From NCBI GenBank assembly GCA_002687735.1, contig NZBD01000016.1, forward strand, positions 1 to 55,863: a stretch of 55,863 nucleotides of DNA, written 5' to 3'. Origin of the DNA: Candidatus Iainarchaeum sp. (GTDB lineage Archaea > Iainarchaeota > Iainarchaeia > Iainarchaeales > Iainarchaeaceae). Below, in pieces: positions 1 to 9,872 of the stretch. Position 1 is the stretch's first letter; every line of letters begins with the position of its first letter. A program made the position numbers and the translations under genes. The notes below the pieces were generated by a model, which saw only the letters and a program-made list of their open reading frames with translations, had not been told where the DNA came from and did not search any database.

Positions 1-1
1 T

Positions 2-502
2 GCTTCAGGACCGCTTGTAAAGTTTTTTGCAAAGAAAAAACTCAAGAATCTTGTTATTGTTTCCCCTGATGTGGGTTCATCAAAAAGAGCAAGAGCTTAC
101 GCAAAAAGATTAGGCGGATCACTGGCAATTATTGATAAAAGAAGATCAAAACCAAACCAAAGTGAAGTAATGCATCTGATCGGAGACGTTAAAGGAAAAA
201 CAGCAGTTATAGTCGATGATGAAATTAACACCGGAGGAACAATTGTTAATGCAGCACAAGCAGTAATGGATAAAGGTGCAAAAGAAGTTTATGGGATGGC
301 TTCACATGCAGTGTTTGCAGGAAATTGTCTGGAAAAAATTGAAAAAAGTGCGTTCAAAGAACTAATTGTTACTAACAGCATTCCTTTGAAAAAGAAAACA
401 AAAAAAATAACTGTTGTTTCAGTAGCATCTTTACTTGCTGAAGCAATCAGATGCACTAATGAAAATAAATCCATTTCAAAACTACTTAATCCGGTTAAGT
501 GA
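2..502 (+). CDS. prs: ribose-phosphate pyrophosphokinase (PRPP synthetase), C-terminal part; 5' end is outside the window
   Basis: Frame is open from base 2. Translation VIVSPDVGSSKRARAYAKRLG...AVIVDDEINTGGTIVNAA contains the PRPP-binding loop typical of Prs. Confidence 0.9.
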   Translation, partial: ASGPLVKFFAKKKLKNLVIVSPDVGSSKRARAYAKRLGGSLAIIDKRRSKPNQSEVMHLIGDVKGKTAVIVDDEINTGGTIVNAAQAVMDKGAKEVYGMASHAVFAGNCLEKIEKSAFKELIVTNSIPLKKKTKKITVVSVASLLAEAIRCTNENKSISKLLNPVK

Positions 503-537
503 TTTTTTTGGGTTGGCTCTCAAGACTTCTTGGAGAA

Positions 538-1011
538 ATGCCGGAAGAAACAAAATACAAACCAACAACCTCATTTAAAGTAAAAGATGGAAACAGTGTT
601 CAGGTTACAAATCAGCCGGTTAAAAATTATCAAAGTAAAGATTCAAAACAGATTTTTGTCAATAAGTACAGAAAGAAGGATGCTGATAAAATAATTAAGG
701 AAACTCCAAATCCATTAGAAGCTTTATTCTCAAACACTCACTCAATAAACAGTTTAGAAGATTTAATGAAAAGCATGAATTCTGCAGATAAAGAATCCAT
801 TAACAAGACAAAAGAAGAACTCTCCGGAATACTATCAAAACTCGTAATGGGAGCACTGATCTTTTTTGTACTCATACTAGGTTCAGTTACCTTCCTTACA
901 GGATATGACTTTGGATATATGTTCTCCATAATATTTTGGATCTTTTTTATTATAGTTTTCTCAGCAGGCAAGAAAAAAGTGCGAAAAAGTTTAACTGATT
1001 CACGTAAATAA
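538..1011 (+). CDS. hypothetical membrane protein (hydrophilic N-terminal part, two C-terminal TM helices)
   Basis: ORF 499-1011. The internal ATG at 538 is preceded by GGAGA. C-terminal hydrophobic stretches are LVMGALIFFVLILGSVTFL and FSIIFWIFFIIVF. No family recognised. Confidence 0.5.
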   Translation: MPEETKYKPTTSFKVKDGNSVQVTNQPVKNYQSKDSKQIFVNKYRKKDADKIIKETPNPLEALFSNTHSINSLEDLMKSMNSADKESINKTKEELSGILSKLVMGALIFFVLILGSVTFLTGYDFGYMFSIIFWIFFIIVFSAGKKKVRKSLTDSRK

Positions 1012-1071
1012 CTTTAGAACTATGCAAAGTGTTAGAAAACCATTTATATAAGAAAGACCCCAATACAAATC

Positions 1072-1190
1072 GAGGAAAAGAAATGAGAAACCTCTATTAT
1101 GGTTGTTTGGGATCAGGCTCACTCGGCGTATAGAGAAAAACAATAAGCTAAGATTGTTTTGTGATCCCAAACACCTCACTCTGACTTTTA
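1072..1190 (+). ncRNA. candidate structured small RNA (unknown family)
   Basis: A TATA-like TTTATATA sits at about 1044-1050. An 11-bp long-range helix GTTTGGGATCA (1105-1115) / TGATCCCAAAC (1162-1172) encloses an 8-bp hairpin AAAACAAT (1137-1144) / ATTGTTTT (1153-1160). A T-run follows at about 1187-1196. Only a spurious antisense ORF overlaps. Confidence 0.3.
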
Positions 1191-1241
1191 ATTTCAACTA
1201 TTTTGAATCTTTAGTCTTTTTGCTAACAATTTCAAAACCTG

Positions 1242-1249
1242 TTTATAAA
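1242..1249 (+). promoter_or_regulatory. TATA-like box (TTTATAAA) about 25 nt upstream of the ATG at 1270; suggests a leaderless mRNA
   Basis: Sequence and spacing match the archaeal TATA position. The same arrangement recurs before many genes in this window. Confidence 0.45.
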
Positions 1250-1269
1250 TCCCCGTACACAGTTTGTGC

Positions 1270-2424
1270 ATGAAGAAGTTTTTGATTTTAATTGGATTGG
1301 CATTGCTGCTAACTTTAGCACAAATGAATATAGCTTTTGCAGCACAAAGCGATGGTTATGTTCACAAGAACCATTACTATGCAGTTTCTTTTGACGGAGA
1401 AGGAGACGCAATAGTCAGGGCTCAGATTGATATTGAAAATACTTTGAACCAGCCCCGAAAATGGGTAGATTTAGAAATTCCCGGACAGGTTGTTATTTAC
1501 AAAGCAGTACAGGAAAGTCCTGTGAGAAGCCCTGTTGAATATTCAAAAACCCTTACTTCCAACGCAACCATTCTTCATCTTGAATTAAAAGAATCAATTC
1601 CAATGAATTCTCAAGGCACTATAGTTTTGTTTTACAAAATCCCAAGGTATGCTAAGAGAGATTTGGTTGGGAACTATAATTTTGATTTTAAAACAATAAT
1701 TGATAAGGATGCTATTCTGATTGAAAATCTGAGAGTAGCTGTGAATGTTCAGGAAGGATTATTTATGAAAGGCGGAGAAGCTAAAGTTGACTACAAACCA
1801 AACATTGGTTTTATGGGGGAAATGGCAATGTCCAAGACAATGGATGTAAGCATTGAATCCCCTTATTACAGAGATTATTATTACAGCATAAGAAACGCCC
1901 AGGGTTTGGTTAAAACTGCAAGGAATTTAGATCCATTTGAAAGTTTTCATGTGAAAGGAAATTACGGAGAAAACTGGTTAGCACTTTATTTCTTTGATTT
2001 AATCGCTGGGATTATTGGAGCTGCAGTTTTGATTGTTGTTTCAGTATTAGGGTTTAGACAAATTACAAAAGTATTTAAAACAAAAAACACAACAAAAGGA
2101 AAAGGAAACGATTATGTTCAAAGCGCTCTTGTTGCTTTTGGTTCTGCGATAGCAATTGTGATAACTAATGTAGTTTTGTTTTTCACAGCAGTAATTGTGA
2201 GTGAATTTAGCTATTCGCTTCAATGGATTGTACTACTTATTGGTTTGCTTGGAATTTTGGTGTCGTTTGGCTTGTTATTTTTACCAAGTCTTTATGTTTC
2301 CTCAAAAAAAGGAATTATTCAGGGAGCTTTGGTGTTTTTCTTAACCATATTTTTCCTAATAGCAATAAGTATTTTCCTCGGAATCGCTTATACTGTGCTT
2401 TTTCCGCCTAGAATCTACTATTAG
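1270..2424 (+). CDS. hypothetical secreted/membrane protein (signal peptide, ~240 aa extracytoplasmic domain, several C-terminal TM helices)
   Basis: ORF 1264-2424. The ATG at 1270 gives MKKFLILIGLALLLTLAQMNIAFA. The C-terminal part holds 4-5 hydrophobic helices. Confidence 0.7.
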   Translation: MKKFLILIGLALLLTLAQMNIAFAAQSDGYVHKNHYYAVSFDGEGDAIVRAQIDIENTLNQPRKWVDLEIPGQVVIYKAVQESPVRSPVEYSKTLTSNATILHLELKESIPMNSQGTIVLFYKIPRYAKRDLVGNYNFDFKTIIDKDAILIENLRVAVNVQEGLFMKGGEAKVDYKPNIGFMGEMAMSKTMDVSIESPYYRDYYYSIRNAQGLVKTARNLDPFESFHVKGNYGENWLALYFFDLIAGIIGAAVLIVVSVLGFRQITKVFKTKNTTKGKGNDYVQSALVAFGSAIAIVITNVVLFFTAVIVSEFSYSLQWIVLLIGLLGILVSFGLLFLPSLYVSSKKGIIQGALVFFLTIFFLIAISIFLGIAYTVLFPPRIYY

Positions 2425-2557
2425 ATTTATTTTGGAAAATCGGTAATTTATTATATTTCAAAAGCACTAATATTAATGATACACAATTTAGGATTTTTTT
2501 AACACGGATTCTCTCTGAATAAAAGAAATTTTGAAAGTGAATAAAGAGGTGATAAGA

Positions 2558-2668
2558 ATGATACAATTCAATTATTGTACAGAATGCCACGAGGTATTCG
2601 AAGTTAATAGTGTTGATTCAGCACAAGTAATCAGTGGCGCTCATAAAAGTTTCTGTAATAACAAGTAA
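2558..2668 (+). CDS. small (36 aa) Cys/His-rich protein, possible zinc ribbon; absent from the >=60 aa ORF track
   Basis: A GAGGTGA Shine-Dalgarno-like site lies 7 nt upstream of the ATG. Translation is MIQFNYCTECHEVFEVNSVDSAQVISGAHKSFCNNK (CxxCH...H...C). Confidence 0.4.
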   Translation: MIQFNYCTECHEVFEVNSVDSAQVISGAHKSFCNNK

Positions 2669-3838
2669 CTAATTTTTCCTCAATCTCTTGAGGACTTCAT
2701 TTACAACTTTGTCGCTGTAATTTTTCTCCTGCATAACATGAATCAGATCTTCCTTAGAATAATCATGAGCCTTATCTTTCAGCAAATCCATTAGCTTTTC
2801 AACCTGGTTTGTTTCACTTGCGGTTAAAGCACCCATTATTGGTTTGGGTTGCACTTGTTGAACAGGACGTTCAATTGGTTGTGCGGATCTGTTTTGAACA
2901 GCATCTCTTCTTCTATTAACTTCTTGACTTTGGTTTGAAGAGCTTTGGCTTGGAATGGAAACTTCACTGGATTTTGATGTGCTTGAAGAAGCCTGATTTT
3001 TTAATTGAGCATAAATACTCGGCATTAGGAAAATTGAAAACATCCCTAAAACCGGACCCATAATTGCATTTGAAAAAAGCGTTGAAATAATCCCCCCTAT
3101 AAAAGGACTCAAAAGTCCCCCAGCACCAAACTGAAGAACCAGAGCAATAATCATAATCGGAATACTTACAACAATCAAAAGTATGCCAACTAACAATGCA
3201 GCAACAAAAATAGAAGGAACATTTCCTTTTCCAAGATCCCAAGCTTCATGAAGCGTATCAAAAATCCCCTGATCTTTATGAAGAAAAATTGAAGCACTTA
3301 AACTTAATCTTAGCGCATTATAATAAATCAAAATAATATAAGGAAGACCGAAAAGTAAAGCAATAAGATTCAAAGTAAGAAAAACTGGGCTTATGAACGC
3401 ACCAACAACTCCGATAAGCATTAAAAAGAATAAACCTAAGAAATAGAATTTCCATTTTTTATGATACCACGAGGTTAAAGCAATTATTGCTGAAAAAATT
3501 TCTAAAAATATTAATTTAATTAGTTTTCCAATTGTGAAAGGCGCAGTTTGAAAACCCACAATCTGAAGGGCTCTGACTTGAGCAAGCAGAGTTAAGTACA
3601 CGTATAAGAAAGCATAAATCAGCACTCCTGGAATCAGAATAACCGCCAAAAGTAATGTGTCAGAAGGATTGATAGTTGTGGAACCTCCTTCAATTGAATA
3701 GCCAAGCAAAAAAGTGAGGCCATAAGTTGCACTAATAAAAACAAAAGACAAAATAATTATTGAAAATAAGTATTTCAAAATCTTGGCGTCTTTAAACCAC
3801 AAAGTAAAACAATTACTTACAATTTTACCATAATCCAT
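2669..3838 (-). CDS. polytopic membrane protein with Ser/Gln-rich linker and small helical C-terminal domain; function unknown
   Basis: 389 aa ORF with about 7-8 hydrophobic helices, followed by SSSTSKSSEVSIPSQSSSNQSQ and a charged C-terminal tail. Confidence 0.7.
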   Translation of the reverse strand: MDYGKIVSNCFTLWFKDAKILKYLFSIIILSFVFISATYGLTFLLGYSIEGGSTTINPSDTLLLAVILIPGVLIYAFLYVYLTLLAQVRALQIVGFQTAPFTIGKLIKLIFLEIFSAIIALTSWYHKKWKFYFLGLFFLMLIGVVGAFISPVFLTLNLIALLFGLPYIILIYYNALRLSLSASIFLHKDQGIFDTLHEAWDLGKGNVPSIFVAALLVGILLIVVSIPIMIIALVLQFGAGGLLSPFIGGIISTLFSNAIMGPVLGMFSIFLMPSIYAQLKNQASSSTSKSSEVSIPSQSSSNQSQEVNRRRDAVQNRSAQPIERPVQQVQPKPIMGALTASETNQVEKLMDLLKDKAHDYSKEDLIHVMQEKNYSDKVVNEVLKRLRKN

Positions 3839-3955
3839 TTAAACCAAAAATATGAAGGATTTCAAGCTATTTAAAGGTTTCGAGGAATTTAATTTACTTT
3901 GAATTGTAAAGAAGAGTTATTTTAAAGCAGGAAAAGAATAGTTCTTTTGGTTTGA

Positions 3956-5035
3956 ATGAAAGAACTAACAATATTACTAGCGGGAATGATTTTCCTGTTC
4001 GGATGTACATCAGGGGTAACCAATGATCCTGCAAATGATAGCCAAACAGGAATTACACAACCACAAACTCCAGAAACACCAGAAACAAATGGATCTGGAT
4101 CAGAGGAGGAATCAAACGTGCCTTCTAATATTTTTCAGTATGATGATTTAAGCGATAATGAAATCAGAGAAACTAATGGAATAAAACATTTGGTTCCGCT
4201 GGAAAATATTCATGCTGGTTGCTTTGGAATGGATTGTATTCCAAGTATTGATAATCCGAAATTTGAATCAGCAGCAAAAGGAAACGAGTGGTTGCAGGAT
4301 GATGATATTATTCTCGGAGTAGAATACAAAGGAGTGAAAAGAGCTTATCCTTTAGGAATTTTAAACTGGCACGAAATTGTTAATGATACAATTGCAGGAG
4401 ACCCGATTGTGATTACTTACTGCCCCCTTTGTGCAACAGGTTTGGCTTTTGAAAGAACATTAAATGGAGAAGCAGTTGAGTTTGGAGTCAGCGGGAAGCT
4501 TTACAATTCAGATTTAGTAATGTATGACAGGAAAACTGAAACTTATTGGGAACAAATAAGCGGAACAGCAATAGTGGGAACTTTAACCGGGCAAAGATTA
4601 AATCGGATTCCTATTGAAACTGCTTTGTGGGGGGACTGGTTAGAAAAATATCCAGATACAGAGGTTCTCTCAAGGGAAACCGGAGAGATAAGAGATTATG
4701 CAAATTATCCTTATGGAGATTATCAAGAAAGCAGGTCGGTTTTCTTTCCGATTGATAATGAAGATGACCGGCTTCATGAAAAAACAATTGTACACGGAAT
4801 AGAACTGAACAACCAATACAAGGCTTATGTTGATGATGCAATTGAAAAAGGAGAAATTGTAAAGGAAGAATTTTCTGGTTCAACTATTGAGGTTGAAAAA
4901 GATTCAATCACCGACGGAGTAAGAGCGTTTATTCTTGATGCAAACGGAGAAAGGCAAACTGAACTTGTTACTGTTAGAAGTTTCTGGTTTGCATGGTTTT
5001 CATTCCACCCGCAGACTGAGTTGTACGAAGGCTGA
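3956..5035 (+). CDS. DUF3179-family lipoprotein
   Basis: Lipobox-like LLAGMIFLFGCTSG. The core DCIPSIDNPKF...RAYPLGILNWHEIVND...ITYCPLCATG...SGKLYNSDLVMYDRKTETYWEQ resembles DUF3179 proteins by eye. Confidence 0.75.
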   Translation: MKELTILLAGMIFLFGCTSGVTNDPANDSQTGITQPQTPETPETNGSGSEEESNVPSNIFQYDDLSDNEIRETNGIKHLVPLENIHAGCFGMDCIPSIDNPKFESAAKGNEWLQDDDIILGVEYKGVKRAYPLGILNWHEIVNDTIAGDPIVITYCPLCATGLAFERTLNGEAVEFGVSGKLYNSDLVMYDRKTETYWEQISGTAIVGTLTGQRLNRIPIETALWGDWLEKYPDTEVLSRETGEIRDYANYPYGDYQESRSVFFPIDNEDDRLHEKTIVHGIELNNQYKAYVDDAIEKGEIVKEEFSGSTIEVEKDSITDGVRAFILDANGERQTELVTVRSFWFAWFSFHPQTELYEG

Positions 5036-5065
5036 TTAATATAGGAAAAGCAACAATATTTTTTT

Positions 5066-5674
5066 ATGACAAGAATTAAACGTTCCAAATGGACACAGCA
5101 AGAACTAAGAGCAAAAAGAAGAACACTTGTCAAAGAAAGAGATTGTTTAATATGGAGACAACAATTACTTGACAAATTAAAATCTGTAAAAAAATCTAAA
5201 GGACTTACCATGGATTTTCCAAGTAGCATAGAAGGAGATCCGACTTACGCATATTTAAAAGCCAGATTATTACACAATGGAAAACCTATAATTGAAACTG
5301 GTAATTATATTAAACGAGAGCAAGGAAAAGTAATTTTAGAAATAAGTGAAGTCCAAGGTCTTGAGTCTTCTACGGAAGATAGAAAAAGTATCTTAAAAAA
5401 AACCGGAGATCCAGCAAGTGTTAATTTGGTTCAAATGGTAATAGATGCAGCATATAAAACAGGAATTGATAGCGTCAAATTGCAAGACATTGAACAAACA
5501 AACTCATATAAAAACCCCCTATTTAAAAATAGACCCAAACTTTTAAGAGAAAAAAAATTAACAGCTGAAATAAATAGAAGACAAATAGCAATGAGACATT
5601 TGTACAATATTATCAAAAGTCGTTGCGGTTTTAAGAAAAAAAGTGGTGAATTTTTTGTGATAAATTTTCCATAA
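5066..5674 (+). CDS. hypothetical basic protein (orphan)
   Basis: 202 aa ORF with a Lys/Arg-rich N-terminus, MTRIKRSKWTQQELRAKRRTL. No recognisable motif. Confidence 0.55.
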   Translation: MTRIKRSKWTQQELRAKRRTLVKERDCLIWRQQLLDKLKSVKKSKGLTMDFPSSIEGDPTYAYLKARLLHNGKPIIETGNYIKREQGKVILEISEVQGLESSTEDRKSILKKTGDPASVNLVQMVIDAAYKTGIDSVKLQDIEQTNSYKNPLFKNRPKLLREKKLTAEINRRQIAMRHLYNIIKSRCGFKKKSGEFFVINFP

Positions 5675-5898
5675 AATTGGGTCAAAGAAACAATTAAATA
5701 CTCTTAGCTGGCTAATTATTAGTACTGGTAAAGTAAATTTCGGATTTTTATAAAGACCTTATTCTCAAATTTTTTCTCGATTTTTGATTCTTGTAATAAT
5801 GTTTAAATACTTCCTCTAACCTAACATTAATCTGTTTTTAGAATTTTTAAAAAAAATTTAAGACAAAATTTTACATTAGACATGAGTGGGGATTTTGA

Positions 5899-7602
5899 AT
5901 GGATGAGAAGTTTTTAGGAAAAATGGCAGACAAAAGTAGTGAAGAACATTACTCGCCATTTCCTGAAGGATATAAAATTGGAAAAACCAAATATGTTATT
6001 ATTACAGGGTCTGTAATCAGCGGAATTGGAAAAGGAATCTTCTCATCAGCTCTTGGAAAAACACTTCAGGATAGAGGATTAAAAGTTGCACCAATAAAAG
6101 TTGAAGCTTACCTTAATGCTGACTCTGGAACACTAAGCCCTTACAGACACGGAGAAGTTTTTGTGCTGGATGATGGCACAGAAACCGACATGGATCTTGG
6201 GAGTTATGAACGATTTTTAAATATGAAACTTACAAAAGATAATTTTACAACTCATGGTCAAATTTACCAGAAACTTATTGAAAAAGAAAGAACCGGAGAT
6301 TATCACGGAAGAGATGTGCAGTACATCCCTCATGTTACCGGAGAAGCAAAATACGTTCTAAGAAATCTTGCAGTAAAAAGCAAGGCAGATATTGTTCTTG
6401 TGGAAATCGGCGGAACTGTCGGAGACTTTGAAAATTTATTTGCAATGGAATCAGCTAGACAGATGATTTATGAGGAGGGTTCTGAAAATGTTTGCCTTGT
6501 TAATCTTACTTATATTGTCGAACCTAATCATTTAGGAGAATTCAAAAGCAAAGCAGCACAGCTTGGTTTAAGGGAATTGATGAGGCTTGGTCTGCAACCT
6601 GACTTAATTGTATGCAGAAGCCAACACCCAGTTACTGAAACAATAAAAGAAAAAATTTCCCTGAATGCCAATGTTCCGATTGAAAAAGTATTCAACACGT
6701 ATGATGTTGGAAACATTTACGAATTACCTTTATCATTCAGAGAACAAGGGATTGATGAAGCAATAATGAAAGTTCTTGGTTGGAACGACAAGTACAAAGC
6801 AAACGGAAGTAAAAGTCTCAAAGAATGGACTGATAAAAATATTGTGAAAAAGAAAGGAGAAATCACAATAGGAATAGCCGGAAAATACACAGGAACAAGT
6901 GACACTTACATAAGTATTGTGAAAGCATTAGAACATTGTTCAACCAAATTGAAAGCTAATGTTAATGTTAAATGGATTGAAACAACAGAAATTGAAAAAG
7001 GAAAAACAACAGCTGAAGCAGAACTCAAAGATGTTGATGGTTTGATAATCCCTGGAGGATTTGGAACAAGAGGAATCGAAGGAAAAATAGCATGTGCTAA
7101 GTACGTAAGAGAAAAAGACATACCATTCCTTGGAATTTGTTACGGATTTCAGATGGCCGTTGTTGAATTCGCAAGGAATGTTTGCGGAATAAAAGGCGCT
7201 TCCACTGAAGAAGTAAAAAAAGACGATAATACTAATGTTATTTGCATTCTTCCTGAACAGGAAGAAGTAAAGGATTTAGGCGGAACATTAAGATTAGGCG
7301 GATTTGATATTAAACTCAAAAAAGATACCAAAGCTTGGGAACTTTATGGAAAAAAAGATTCTGCCAGGGAAAGGTTCAGGCACAGGTTTAATGTTAATAC
7401 AAAATTCATTGATAAATTAGAGAAATGCGGGTTGATATTTTCAGGAATGGCTCCTGAAAAAAGAATCATGCAGATTCTGGAACTAAAAGACCATCCGTTC
7501 TTTATAGGAATTCAATATCATGCTGAGTTTACTTCAAGGCCATTAAATCCTAACCCGGTTTATCTCGGTTTAGTGAAAGCGGCTATTAAAAATAAGAAAT
7601 AA
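5899..7602 (+). CDS. pyrG: CTP synthase
   Basis: N-terminal synthetase motif YVIITGSVISGIGKG. The C-terminal glutamine amidotransferase has GICYGFQ and YHAEF. GTGGGGA lies upstream of the ATG. Confidence 0.95.
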   Translation: MDEKFLGKMADKSSEEHYSPFPEGYKIGKTKYVIITGSVISGIGKGIFSSALGKTLQDRGLKVAPIKVEAYLNADSGTLSPYRHGEVFVLDDGTETDMDLGSYERFLNMKLTKDNFTTHGQIYQKLIEKERTGDYHGRDVQYIPHVTGEAKYVLRNLAVKSKADIVLVEIGGTVGDFENLFAMESARQMIYEEGSENVCLVNLTYIVEPNHLGEFKSKAAQLGLRELMRLGLQPDLIVCRSQHPVTETIKEKISLNANVPIEKVFNTYDVGNIYELPLSFREQGIDEAIMKVLGWNDKYKANGSKSLKEWTDKNIVKKKGEITIGIAGKYTGTSDTYISIVKALEHCSTKLKANVNVKWIETTEIEKGKTTAEAELKDVDGLIIPGGFGTRGIEGKIACAKYVREKDIPFLGICYGFQMAVVEFARNVCGIKGASTEEVKKDDNTNVICILPEQEEVKDLGGTLRLGGFDIKLKKDTKAWELYGKKDSARERFRHRFNVNTKFIDKLEKCGLIFSGMAPEKRIMQILELKDHPFFIGIQYHAEFTSRPLNPNPVYLGLVKAAIKNKK

Positions 7603-7614
7603 TTTTAAAAATTA

Positions 7615-8550
7615 CTATTCTTCCTCTTCTTCTTCCTCTTTGAAAGCCCACTTGTTTCCGCCTGAAAGAATTTCTTCAGCTACTTCATTGTCTTCCTTAG
7701 AAAGAGGCAAACCATGCTCGTCTTTTTTCTCAGGTGAATAAATTGAATCAAGTTTTGGCAATCTGTCCTTTGCAATAAATGCAACAATTCCAAGAACAAC
7801 AACAATTACAATAAATGCAATTGGTAAAGCTAAATCTTTTGTTAAATTAAAGAAACCTGTTATAGGAGAATTTTTCTGAGCTTCTTCCTCAGCTAGTCTT
7901 GCTGCTTCCTCATCAGCAATTCTTTGTTGTTCTACTCCTTCCAGAGAAGCAATTCTTTGTTCAAAAGAACTTGTTGTTGAACTTAAAGAACTCGATGTTG
8001 AATCAACCTTTGATGAAACTGAAGAAACCTCATTGCTTAATGAAGAAACACTTGAATCAAGAGAATTTGCCTTTGCTTCTGTTGCATTAAGTTTGTCCCA
8101 AAAACCCTTGAAGTCCGCTTCCAGACCACTCAGCTTTTGGTCATACTCTCCGAGTTTACTTTCAACTTTGGTATCAACACTTGCAAGGATTTCAGATTCA
8201 TTAGGAAGATTTATTGCAGTTACATCTTTTGAATCAGAATTAACAGTTATTGTGTGAGTTCCCTCGCTTAAACCAACGTGATAAACAACTAAATCGTTCC
8301 CGAACATGTAAGCATTGGAAACATTAGGAGAAAATGCTTTGTAAATAACATCTCCACTAGAAAAAACTTCCGCAACTTTCGAACCATCAATTTCAACAGT
8401 GGCAGTTGAACCGAAACCAATATCAGCACTAAAACCCCATGAAACATTATTTGGAATTGTGGAAGGTGCATCAATTGAAACAGCACTGGTTATACCAGCA
8501 AAGCCAATTGTTAGTAAAAAAATTAACCCAAAAAGTAAACTCTTTCTCAT
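7615..8550 (-). CDS. surface protein: signal peptide, beta-rich domain, Ser-rich coiled coil, TM anchor, acidic (poly-Glu) cytoplasmic tail
   Basis: ORF 7615-8610. The likely start is MRKSLLFGLIFLL at 8550, with TTTATTAATA about 30 nt upstream. The C-terminus reads ...SPITGFFNLTKDLALPIAFIVIVVVLGIVAFIA...EEEEEEE. Confidence 0.7.
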   Translation of the reverse strand: MRKSLLFGLIFLLTIGFAGITSAVSIDAPSTIPNNVSWGFSADIGFGSTATVEIDGSKVAEVFSSGDVIYKAFSPNVSNAYMFGNDLVVYHVGLSEGTHTITVNSDSKDVTAINLPNESEILASVDTKVESKLGEYDQKLSGLEADFKGFWDKLNATEAKANSLDSSVSSLSNEVSSVSSKVDSTSSSLSSTTSSFEQRIASLEGVEQQRIADEEAARLAEEEAQKNSPITGFFNLTKDLALPIAFIVIVVVLGIVAFIAKDRLPKLDSIYSPEKKDEHGLPLSKEDNEVAEEILSGGNKWAFKEEEEEEE

Positions 8551-8631
8551 GCATACAATAAATTCACGGTTATTAATAAACTTTTTCCAATGGACGGGTA
8601 TTTTTAACAAGAACTATTCCTCAGTATAAAT

Positions 8632-9783
8632 ATGCTTGAAAGAGTAAAGCTCAAAGATAAGGAAATAGTTCTTTTGGGCACTGCACACATTTCTCAGGAA
8701 AGCGTAAATGATGTCAAAAAGGCTATTGAAAAAGAAAAGCCTGATGTTGTTGGAGTAGAACTCGATTTACAAAGGTTCAAGCAGCTTAAACAGGGAAATA
8801 AATGGCAGAATACTAATATCGGAAAAATAATCGGTTCAGGACAAACTTACTTATTCTTGCTCACATTATTGCTTTCTAATATTCAAAGAAGTTTAGGGCA
8901 GAAAATAGGAATGAAGCCCGGAATGGAAATGATTGAAGCAATCAAAAGCGCTGAAGAAAACATGCTTCCGATTGTACTATTGGATAGAGAAGTTAACATT
9001 ACTCTGAAAAGAGCTATACAAAAAATGAGCTTTCGTGAAAAACTAAAATTGTTTTTTTCAATTGTTTCAGGTTTTTTCGGAGATGAAAATGTTAAAGTTA
9101 CCAGTGAAAGCATTGAAAAATTAAAACAAAAAGATGTTATGACTCAGCTGATGCAGCAGCTTTCAAAAGAAATGCCTTCAATCAAAGAAGTTCTTGTTGA
9201 TGAACGGGATGCGTTTATTGCAAACAGCATTACAAAAAGCCCGGGAAAAAAAGTTCTTGCAGTTGTAGGAGCCGGACATTTAGAAGGAATAAAAAAATTA
9301 TTGGGAAAGCCTGTTAACATTGCAGAAATTTCAAAAGTTAAAAAAGGAAAAGGATATATGAAAATTTTTGCATTCATAATTCCTTTACTTTTCATTGCAT
9401 CCCTTGCGTACTTATTTTTTACCAAAGGAACTGAGGTAACATTAACAGCAATTCTTTTCTGGTTCTTAGCAAATGGAATACTTTCCTCATTAGGAGTTCT
9501 GATTGCAAGAGGCCACCCTGTATCTATAATAACCGCATTTTTAGCCGCTCCGTTAACCAGCTTACATCCTTTCTTAGCAGCAGGCTGGGTTGCCGGTTTT
9601 GTTGAAGCAAAAATGAAAAACCCGAAAGTAAAGGATTTTGAAAACCTGAGAAATTTAAATTCTTTGGGGGATTTTACACAAAATCAGGTAACAAGAATTC
9701 TTCTTGTGGTTGCACTTGCGAATTTAGGATCAACTTTAGGAACAATAGTTGCATTTCCGCTGATTGCAAGCTTGTTAGGCTAA
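8632..9783 (+). CDS. TraB/PrgY (GumN-like) family protein with C-terminal membrane domain
   Basis: N-terminal LLGTAHISQESVNDVKKAIEKEKPDVVGVELD and VVGAGHLEGI are typical of the TraB family. The C-terminal part has 4 TM helices. Confidence 0.85.
   Translation: MLERVKLKDKEIVLLGTAHISQESVNDVKKAIEKEKPDVVGVELDLQRFKQLKQGNKWQNTNIGKIIGSGQTYLFLLTLLLSNIQRSLGQKIGMKPGMEMIEAIKSAEENMLPIVLLDREVNITLKRAIQKMSFREKLKLFFSIVSGFFGDENVKVTSESIEKLKQKDVMTQLMQQLSKEMPSIKEVLVDERDAFIANSITKSPGKKVLAVVGAGHLEGIKKLLGKPVNIAEISKVKKGKGYMKIFAFIIPLLFIASLAYLFFTKGTEVTLTAILFWFLANGILSSLGVLIARGHPVSIITAFLAAPLTSLHPFLAAGWVAGFVEAKMKNPKVKDFENLRNLNSLGDFTQNQVTRILLVVALANLGSTLGTIVAFPLIASLLG
9739..9783 (+). repeat. copy 1 of a 45-nt direct repeat (the genuine 3' end of the TraB-family gene)
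   Basis: GGAACAATAGTTGCATTTCCGCTGATTGCAAGCTTGTTAGGCTAA encodes GTIVAFPLIASLLG*. Confidence 0.9.
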
Positions 9784-9804
9784 GGTTTTTGATCAAACTT
9801 CCAA

Positions 9805-9850
9805 GCAGAATCTTTTGATTCTGCGTGCCACGCAAAACTAAAAGTTTTGC
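9805..9850 (+). terminator. two back-to-back perfect hairpins joined by a short palindrome, downstream of the TraB-family gene
   Basis: GCAGAATC-TTTT-GATTCTGC (9805-9824), GCGTG-C-CACGC (9823-9833), GCAAAAC-TAAAA-GTTTTGC (9832-9850). Confidence 0.45.
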
Positions 9851-9872
9851 TAGGTTTTTCTAAAAAGTTTGT

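Noticed and set aside
1072-1190. C/D-box sRNA interpretation (AATGAGA near the 5' end, CTGA near the 3' end)
   Set aside because: The C box is imperfect and no C'/D' boxes are present. The ~105-nt spacing is about twice that of typical archaeal C/D sRNAs.
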